From the NCBI GenBank assembly GCA_028692875.1, contig JAQUWL010000001.1, positions 126,191 through 150,190 on the forward strand: 24,000 bases of DNA, written 5' to 3'. Origin of the DNA: Sulfurospirillaceae bacterium. Lineage in GTDB: Bacteria; Campylobacterota; Campylobacteria; Campylobacterales; Sulfurospirillaceae. A program made the position numbers and the translations under genes. The notes beneath the pieces were generated by a model that saw only the letters and a program-made list of their open reading frames with translations, did no database searches and was not told where the DNA came from. Of this stretch, positions 18,979 through 24,000 are shown one piece after another (the first letter of the stretch is position 1; every line of letters starts with the position of its first letter).

Positions 18979-19254
18979 ATGAAATTTGAATGGGATACTA
19001 AAAAAGCACTGTCAAATCTGTAAAAACATTGTATTTCATTTGAGGAAGCAAGCACAGTATTTGGTGATTTTTTATCAATTACGATAGAAGACCCCTTGCA
19101 TTCCCAAGAGGAAAATAGATTTATTTTGATAGGAAAGTCGATAGCTTTAAGCACGCTTATAGTTGTTCATATCGAGCAAAGTGAGAGCATTCGTATCATC
19201 TCGGCTCGAAAGGCAACCAAAAAAGAACAAAAGATATATGAGGACCAAAAATGA
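18979..19254 (+). pseudogene. BrnT-family (DUF497) toxin-like ORF interrupted by an in-frame TAA at codon 15
   Basis: Translation MKFEWDTKKALSNL*KHCISFEEASTVFGDFLSITIEDPLHSQEENRFILIGKSIALSTLIVVHIEQSESIRIISARKATKKEQKIYEDQK*. Frame is open except TAA at 19021-19023. 'EWD..KA..N..KH.ISFEEA..VF' and 'IRIISARKAT..E...Y' are BrnT hallmarks. Confidence 0.85.
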
Positions 19255-19460
19255 AAACAAAAATTGAGATGTTGCCAGAATATGATTTTAGTAAGGGTAT
19301 TCGTGGAAAATATGCTAAAGCATACCAAGAAGGTGTCAATATTGTGAAGTTGGATGACGATGTTGGTGCAGTATTTTCAGATGCCAAAGCAGTGAATGAA
19401 GCACTTAGAACATTTATCAAACTCTTTTCTAATGTAAAACCAACTGTGGGGGCACATTAA
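19251..19460 (+). CDS. Antitoxin partner of the BrnT-like toxin (short 69 aa protein)
   Basis: ATG overlaps the BrnT-frame TGA (ATGA at 19251-19254). Sequence MKTKIEMLPEYDFSKGIRGKYAKAYQEGVNIVKLDDDVGAVFSDAKAVNEALR resembles proteins usually encoded just after brnT. Confidence 0.75.
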   Translation: MKTKIEMLPEYDFSKGIRGKYAKAYQEGVNIVKLDDDVGAVFSDAKAVNEALRTFIKLFSNVKPTVGAH

Positions 19461-19823
19461 ATGGATTTTATTAGAAAAATATTATTTATACCTATTGCAT
19501 TTATGGCTTCCATTTTGGCAGGTATTTTTGGTTTTTATTTTGGCCAAATATCAGAAAGTTTTTTTGTTATTGATATAGGTATGCCACAAGGAGCAAGTGG
19601 TATATTTTCAGCCTTAGCCTTTGTTGTTGTTGGATTAAAACTATATCCCAATCCAACAAATCAAATTAAAAACTTACTTGCTATTTTAATAATTATATTT
19701 GGTATTGTTTCTTCATTTGGTTCTTACATGAGTGGAGATATTGGTATCATAACAGGAGTAGCAATGATTCTTGGTGGCATAGGGGCTTTTAGAATGAGTG
19801 TTGAAAAATTATCAATTATTTAA
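19461..19823 (+). CDS. Hypothetical small membrane protein, about 4 TM segments
   Basis: ORF abuts the antitoxin stop codon; hydrophobic stretches 'FIPIAFMASILAGIFGFYFG', 'GIFSALAFVVVGLKLY', 'LLAILIIIFGIVSSFGSY', 'GIITGVAMILGGIGAF'. Confidence 0.6.
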   Translation: MDFIRKILFIPIAFMASILAGIFGFYFGQISESFFVIDIGMPQGASGIFSALAFVVVGLKLYPNPTNQIKNLLAILIIIFGIVSSFGSYMSGDIGIITGVAMILGGIGAFRMSVEKLSII

Positions 19824-19979
19824 GTATTACAATTTGAATTAAATATTTTAAATAAAAATTAAAGTATTTCCCAATCTAAATCCATTTTCAGATTTTAGTG
19901 TCATAACCTTATCTTCAAATACAACTATAAGATAATCTCTAACATGAGTGTTTTCAATATTATTTCTTTGGCAATAGCC

Positions 19980-20131
19980 AAGATTAAAAGGGGTCAGGTC
20001 TAAACTTTAAACTTTTCAAAGAAAAATGTGGCATATAATGCTCTGATTTTTCTTTACATGTAAGTTAAAAGGGGTCGGAGCTTGAATTTTAACTTTTTGC
20101 AACAAAAAAAGCTATATTTCCTTACATGTAA
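19980..20131. repeat. Two imperfect tandem units, each an AT-rich hairpin-forming 'TTAAAAGGGGTC.G....TTTAACTTTT' core followed by TTACATGTAA
   Basis: Unit A starts AAGATTAAAAGGGGTCAGG (19980) and ends at TTACATGTAA 20054-20063. Unit B starts AAGTTAAAAGGGGTCGGAG (20062), arm TTTTAACTT 20087-20095, and ends at TTACATGTAA 20122-20131. The GGGGTC cores are 81 bp apart. Confidence 0.6.
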
Positions 20132-20138
20132 AGAAACT

Positions 20139-20408
20139 TTACCCAAACAACTCCGCATGAGAGCCAATTCTCACAAGGTTGAGTATGCTTTCATCAATCC
20201 TATATATGACCAGCAAATCACCGCTGATGTGAAACTCTCTAAAGTTTGCCCAATTTCCTTCAAGTGCATGCTCAAGCGCTTCTGGTGGTAAAGGTTCATT
20301 TTGGATGATTCTAGCTGTATAGACGATAAACTTTACAAAATGCTTTTCGCTCATTTTTGAATGTGAAAAGTCTTTCGTAAACTGTTTATGCCTCTTAATG
20401 CTTAGCAT
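20139..20408 (-). CDS. yafQ: YafQ/RelE-family toxin (mRNA interferase)
   Basis: MLSIKRHKQFTKDFSHSK...PLPPEALEHALEGNWANFREFHISGDLLVIYRIDESILNLVRIGSHAELF: YafQ-like 'PL...DH.L.G.W...RE.HI..D.LLIY' and 'L.R.G.H..LF'. Overlaps the upstream antitoxin. Confidence 0.88.
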   Translation of the reverse strand: MLSIKRHKQFTKDFSHSKMSEKHFVKFIVYTARIIQNEPLPPEALEHALEGNWANFREFHISGDLLVIYRIDESILNLVRIGSHAELFG

Positions 20409-20670
20409 GTTTTTGGCTTTCAAATTCCGCTTTCAATTGCTCGATAGAGGTTTCCTCCATATTGATTCCCTTCAAAACCTCATTCATAACTTGTGCTGTT
20501 TTTTCGTTGGGAATTTTGAGTTCAAAAGGGATGCCATTTTCGCTTTTTACTTTGGCTAAAAACATATTGATTGCTTGTGAAGTGCTAATGCCAAGTTGTT
20601 TAAAGATAGCTTCTGCTGAATTTTTCAACTCTACATCGCATCTAGCTCTTATGGTTGCTTCAAGTGCCAT
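20395..20670 (-). CDS. dinJ: RelB/DinJ-family antitoxin
   Basis: 'IRARCDVELKNSAEAIFKQLGISTSQAINMFLAKVKSENGIPFELKIPNEKT' is the DinJ/RelB ribbon-helix-helix signature; adjacent to YafQ-like toxin. Confidence 0.9.
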   Translation of the reverse strand: MALEATIRARCDVELKNSAEAIFKQLGISTSQAINMFLAKVKSENGIPFELKIPNEKTAQVMNEVLKGINMEETSIEQLKAEFESQKHAKH

Positions 20671-20691
20671 GTTAACTCCTTATTTTTTTAA

Positions 20692-20697
20692 ATTGTA
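20692..20697 (-). promoter_or_regulatory. Candidate -10 box (TACAAT on the minus strand) for the dinJ-yafQ pair
   Basis: Plus-strand ATTGTA, i.e. TACAAT on the minus strand, 21 nt upstream of the dinJ start codon; AAGGAG-type SD between them. Confidence 0.35.
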
Positions 20698-20698
20698 G

Positions 20699-20998
20699 CA
20701 CAATTTTGCTACAAAAATCAATTATAGAACGAATATATTAAGCGAGTATTTTAAAAGCCTATTTATAAATATTGCAATCAAAAATGAAGAGATAATTGCT
20801 ATACAATGTAAACATTCATCTGCAAATAATGTTTTTGATAAACAAGCAATATATCAATTGCATACAGAAGCAAGAGAATTTTATAAACCAACAAAGTTAA
20901 TGGCTATTACAAATTCAAGTTTTAATCAAAATGCCATGAATTTAGCAAAAATGCATGGCATAGAAATCGTGGATAGATTCAATTTAACTGTATATTAA
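20699..20998 (+). pseudogene. C-terminal remnant of an Mrr-like / restriction endonuclease-fold nuclease
   Basis: Open frame without an obvious start: ...NIAIKNEEIIAIQCKHSSANNVFDKQAIYQLHTEAREFYKPTKLMAITNSSFNQNAMNLAKMHGIEIVDRFNLTVY*. 'IAIQCK', 'AREFY...K...ITNS.F...A..LA...GIE..DR' match the Mrr catalytic-domain pattern. Confidence 0.65.
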
Positions 20999-21025
20999 TC
21001 TATCAAGTAAAAAAAGTTTTATTTT

Positions 21026-21057
21026 AAAGTTAAAAAGGGAGCTTCATTTTTAACTTT
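21026..21057. repeat. Perfect inverted repeat AAAGTTAAAAA-(10 nt)-TTTTTAACTTT related to the hairpins at 19980-20095
   Basis: 21026-21036 AAAGTTAAAAA, loop GGGAGCTTCA, 21047-21057 TTTTTAACTTT; an 11-bp perfect stem sharing arms and the AGCTT core with unit B. Confidence 0.75.
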
Positions 21058-21069
21058 TTCCAAAACATA

Positions 21070-21109
21070 GCGTACGCTTATTGACTATTAACGTACGCCA
21101 ATGTATGAT
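21070..21109 (+). promoter_or_regulatory. Candidate Phd/YefM promoter-operator: -35 TTGACT (21081-21086), 17-bp spacer, -10 TATGAT (21104-21109), with CGTACGC repeated at 21071-21077 and 21092-21098
   Basis: Read directly from 'agCGTACGCttaTTGACTattaaCGTACGCcaatgTATGATttgg'; the two 7-mers are 21 bp apart (about two helical turns) and overlap the promoter. Confidence 0.6.
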
Positions 21110-21138
21110 TTGGTAAAACTTTGCAAAGGAGCTTTATC

Positions 21139-21366
21139 ATGGTTGTTACTCCTTCAAAACTTAGGGAAAATCTTTACAATCTTCTTGATAGCGTCCTCGA
21201 AAAAGGTGAACTTATCGAGATTTCACGTAAGGGACAGATTTTGCGTATAGTTGCTCAAAAACGTCCTTTACGATTTGACAATATCATTCCTAAAAAAATC
21301 ACCTCAGCAGAAGATAAAGACCTTATCAATGTGGATTGGGAGGACGGATGGAAGCCCTTTATTTAG
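21139..21366 (+). CDS. Phd/YefM-family antitoxin
   Basis: MVVTPSKLRENLYNLLDSVLEKGELIEISRKGQILRIVAQKRP: Phd/YefM 'R.NL...LD.V...GE.I.I.RKG..L.IV' pattern, followed by a PIN-toxin remnant. Confidence 0.85.
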   Translation: MVVTPSKLRENLYNLLDSVLEKGELIEISRKGQILRIVAQKRPLRFDNIIPKKITSAEDKDLINVDWEDGWKPFI

Positions 21367-21458
21367 ATACCCATGTAGTATATGCTATGGCAAAAGGCAG
21401 TCCACTTTTAACAAAAGATGACAAAATACTTTCTCATTTTGGCGGGGCGATATGGTAA
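21348..21458 (+). pseudogene. Internally deleted PIN-domain (VapC-like) toxin: N-terminal beta strand joined in frame to the C-terminal end
   Basis: 36-aa frame MEALYLDTHVVYAMAKGSPLLTKDDKILSHFGGAIW*. It has the PIN N-terminus ('YLDTHVV') and the PIN C-terminal motif ('PLLTKD..IL.......W'), but the roughly 80-90 aa expected between them are absent. Confidence 0.75.
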
Positions 21459-21464
21459 AAAGTT

Positions 21465-21764
21465 ATGTCTGATTTAAATAGTAGTTTTTACAGATGGGAT
21501 GAGGATGTTTTGGTTTTAAATATTTTGGGTAAACCAAGTGCCAAAAAAGACGCTATCGGTAAGCCAATGGGCGATAAACTCAAAGTCAGCGTTACATCTG
21601 CTCCAGAAGATGGAAAGGCGACTGAACACATGATAAAGTTTTTAGCAAAAGAGTTTGGGGTAAGCAAGTCAGATATCGAAATTGTTTTCGGACAAGCAAC
21701 TATCCAAAAGCGTTTTCGGATAAAAAATCCAAAAAAGCTACCGTCTATCATCGAGAAACCCTAG
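21465..21764 (+). CDS. yggU: YggU family protein (DUF167)
   Basis: 'VLVLNILGKPSAKKDAIG', 'LKVSVTSAPEDGKATEHMIKFLAKEFGVSKSDIEIVFGQATIQKRFRI' is the DUF167 signature. Confidence 0.9.
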   Translation: MSDLNSSFYRWDEDVLVLNILGKPSAKKDAIGKPMGDKLKVSVTSAPEDGKATEHMIKFLAKEFGVSKSDIEIVFGQATIQKRFRIKNPKKLPSIIEKP

Positions 21765-22777
21765 CTACTCAAGAGTATAGCTATCCATTTTGTGCGTGGA
21801 AGGGTGTGCAGTGCCATAGCGATGGACATAGTGATAGGTACTGCTAAAAACATTCCGATAGGTCCCAAAACCCAGCCCCAAAAAATAAGCGACAAAAGCA
21901 CAACCAAAGGAGAAAGTCCAAGCCCTTTGCCTAAAAATCGAGGCTCCAAAATATTTCCAATAAGAACATTTACGACAAGAAAAATGGCGATAACAGCCAC
22001 TGTTGTTGAGGTGTCGTATTCGATAAGTGAAACCAAAATCGCAGGAATAGATGCAACAATAGAGCCAATAGCTGGAATGTAGTTGAGCAAAAATGCGATA
22101 AGACCAAAAAGTATGGCATATTTAACTCCAAAAACCCACAATAACAAACCTATGATAATGCCCGTTGCAAGACTTGAGATGGATTTTATAAGCAAATAGT
22201 GTTTGAGGTTTTCTATAAAATTCATAATTCCCTCTGTCTCTTTTGAGTCGTTGCCTAAAAGCAGACGCATTTTTACTCGCAAACTTGTTGTCTCAAAGAG
22301 GATAAAAGCGACAATCAAAAAGATTAAAAAAGAGCTTGAGAGAAGTTTGCTAAGAGAGCGAAGTATGCTCGTTGTTGTGCTTAAAAGTTGTGCTGGTTGG
22401 AGATACTCTGGCGTTTGCAAAAAGTCAATTTCTGCTCCATTGTTTGGAAAAAAAGCATTTGCTTTTTGTAGTAGCGACATAAGGCGGTCTTGAAAGTTTG
22501 GAAGCTGGCTAATAAAAGTATCAAGAGCGTTTCCTATCATGATAACCATAATGCTCAAAATGCCAACAACGCCGAGTGCAACCATAAAAAAAGCTACAAG
22601 TCGTGGCAATCCTTTGTTTTGAAGCCAAAAAACAGCAGGTGCAGCTATAACAGCTATAAATATTGCCAACAAAATAGGGGCGACAATCTCTTGAGCGGTT
22701 CGCATACCAGCGATGATGATAATAAAAGAGGCAAAAAGCACAAGCGGATGTTGACGTTGAGGGGTTTTGCAAGACAT
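21761..22777 (-). CDS. AI-2E/PerM-family permease (YhhT/PerM-like)
   Basis: Multi-TM protein with 'FLLNYIPAIGSIVASIPAILVSLI', 'NVLIGNILEPRFLGKGLGLSPLVVLLSLIFWGWVLGPIGMFLAVPIT' signature. Confidence 0.92.
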   Translation of the reverse strand: MSCKTPQRQHPLVLFASFIIIIAGMRTAQEIVAPILLAIFIAVIAAPAVFWLQNKGLPRLVAFFMVALGVVGILSIMVIMIGNALDTFISQLPNFQDRLMSLLQKANAFFPNNGAEIDFLQTPEYLQPAQLLSTTTSILRSLSKLLSSSFLIFLIVAFILFETTSLRVKMRLLLGNDSKETEGIMNFIENLKHYLLIKSISSLATGIIIGLLLWVFGVKYAILFGLIAFLLNYIPAIGSIVASIPAILVSLIEYDTSTTVAVIAIFLVVNVLIGNILEPRFLGKGLGLSPLVVLLSLIFWGWVLGPIGMFLAVPITMSIAMALHTLPRTKWIAILLSS

Positions 22778-22895
22778 GATAGCCCTTTAAAATATTATTT
22801 TAAAATGATACCATAGCTTTAAAAAGAAAAAACTCTAGTTTAAATGGACTGCACAGCAAAGATACAGCTTAAAGGTCTAAAAAAAGATAATCCGC

Positions 22896-22901
22896 TATAA
22901 T
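22896..22901 (+). promoter_or_regulatory. Candidate -10 box (TATAAT) upstream of ppaC
   Basis: 'gataatccgcTATAATaatcc', 29 nt upstream of the ATG at 22931. Confidence 0.5.
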
Positions 22902-22930
22902 AATCCTAAAAAACTTCAAGGAAATTTTTA

Positions 22931-23848
22931 ATGAAAACCTATGCATGTGGACATATAAATCCCGATACAGACAGTGTTTGCTCGGCTATTGCGTTGGCAT
23001 ATCTTAAAACTCAAATAGGAGAGCCATGTATTCCAGCTTGTCAAGGAGGATTGAGTCCTGAGAGCGAGTTTGTTTTAAGTACTTTTGGGCTTGAAAAGCC
23101 TGAACTTAAAAATGACTTTTCAGGCGAAAATCTTTACATAACAGACTATTCAGACCTAGCGCAAGCACCACATAATCTCAAAGAGACAAATATCTTAGGC
23201 ATCGTTGACCATCATAAACTAGGCGATATAACAACTTCTACACCGCTTGAGTGCTGGATACGACCTGTGGGATGTACATGTACGATTGTTAAGGAGATGT
23301 TTGAGCACCACAAGGTGGAGATTCCAAAAAATATAGCAGGTGCCATGATGTTGGCAATCCTAAGCGATACGGTTTTGTTCAAATCCCCTACATGTACAAA
23401 AGCCGATACTAAAGCGGTTAAAGAGCTAGCACAAATCGCAGGCGTTGAAGACTTTAAAGCTTTGGGTATGGAGATGTTTTTGGTCAAATCCGCAGTAAAA
23501 GGAGCAACTCCTAGAACTTTATTATTGCGTGATTATAAAGATTTTGAGATGGGTGGAAACAAGATAGGCATCGGTCAGCTTGAAGTTGTGGACTTGAAAG
23601 TGTTTGACGATATGAAAGAGGCACTTTTTGCCGATATGAAAGCATATAAAGCCGAAGGCGGAAGACATACTGTTATGCTTTTATTGACCGATATCATTAC
23701 CGAGGGTTCGCAGTTTTTAGTTGTAAGTGACGATGAGAGTAAGGTTGAGAGTGCATTTGGCAAAAAACTTGAAAATCATCAAATGTGGGTTGATGGGGTT
23801 CTGAGCCGTAAAAAACAGGTTATTCCAGTGATGGAAAAACAGTTCTAA
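22931..23848 (+). CDS. ppaC: Manganese-dependent (family II) inorganic pyrophosphatase
   Basis: 'CGHINPDTDSVCSAIALAYL', 'ILGIVDHHKLGD', 'GCTCTIVKEMF', 'AMMLAILSDTVLFKSPT' motifs of family II PPases. Confidence 0.96.
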   Translation: MKTYACGHINPDTDSVCSAIALAYLKTQIGEPCIPACQGGLSPESEFVLSTFGLEKPELKNDFSGENLYITDYSDLAQAPHNLKETNILGIVDHHKLGDITTSTPLECWIRPVGCTCTIVKEMFEHHKVEIPKNIAGAMMLAILSDTVLFKSPTCTKADTKAVKELAQIAGVEDFKALGMEMFLVKSAVKGATPRTLLLRDYKDFEMGGNKIGIGQLEVVDLKVFDDMKEALFADMKAYKAEGGRHTVMLLLTDIITEGSQFLVVSDDESKVESAFGKKLENHQMWVDGVLSRKKQVIPVMEKQF

Positions 23849-23869
23849 TTATTTAAAAAAGAAGATGCT

Positions 23870-24000
23870 ATGCATACATGTGAGATTGAGCGAAAATTTG
23901 TACTCAAGAGTCCCCAAAAGGCTCTGAGTTATCTTAAAAAATTGGCTGTACATCTTGAAAAACAGGCTATAGTGCAAGTTTATACAAAAATCTCACGTGA
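23870..24000 (+). CDS. Start of a possible CYTH-domain protein (partial at window edge)
   Basis: MHTCEIERKFVLKSPQKALSYLKKLAVHLEKQAIVQVYTKISR..: the 'EIERKF' opening is the CYTH/triphosphate tunnel motif. Confidence 0.5.
   Translation, partial: MHTCEIERKFVLKSPQKALSYLKKLAVHLEKQAIVQVYTKISR

Noticed and set aside
19196-19420. Minus-strand 74 aa ORF opposite the BrnT-module antitoxin
   Set aside because: The plus-strand frame has ATGA coupling and antitoxin-like sequence; the antisense frame looks like a composition artefact.
19980-21057. A CRISPR array explanation for the repeats near 20-21 kb
   Set aside because: Only three diverged copies with unequal spacing (81 bp, then about 960 bp), no regular spacers and no cas genes.
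21792-22772. Plus-strand ORFs 21792-22082, 22203-22493, 22490-22816 and 22521-22772 over the AI-2E/PerM gene
   Set aside because: All are in the shadow of the well-supported minus-strand permease gene.
1-24000. tRNA, rRNA, integrase, phage structural genes or complete insertion sequences
   Set aside because: I looked for tRNA GTTCRA-type arms, rRNA signatures and recognisable transposase/integrase motifs and saw none that I could support by eye. A tRNAscan or HMM search would be needed to exclude small ones.

Overview
This 24 kb window comes from an AT-rich Campylobacterota-like chromosome; the gene order and protein character resemble Sulfurimonas/Sulfurovum/Helicobacter relatives. It starts with a block of housekeeping genes. 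Three minus-strand genes come first: an HsrA-like response regulator, folB and plsY. They are followed on the plus strand by nadA-nadC-flhB, nrnA-like DHH phosphoesterase-M23 peptidase-minC-lpxC-tsaB-like-thrB-ylxR-infB-rbfA-rimP-ribD, then TauE-like permease, NnrS-like protein, acyltransferase-3, and a radical-SAM/MnmC-type methyltransferase fusion. A short accessory island (about 18.97-21.46 kb) follows. It holds a BrnT-like toxin ORF broken by one in-frame stop with an intact antitoxin partner, REP-like hairpins, an intact YafQ/DinJ-type pair, an Mrr-like nuclease C-terminal remnant, and a Phd-like antitoxin next to an internally deleted PIN toxin. The window ends with yggU, an AI-2E/PerM-family permease, ppaC and the start of a possible CYTH-domain protein. 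I found no intact new multi-gene defence system. The strongest unexplained signal is a dispersed palindrome, TTACATGTAA. It has 7 exact and about 13 near copies, occurs in several reading frames and between genes, and is far above chance for a 10-mer. Next most interesting are the radical-SAM/methyltransferase fusion (a likely one-polypeptide tRNA wobble-U modification enzyme) and the decayed toxin-antitoxin island.
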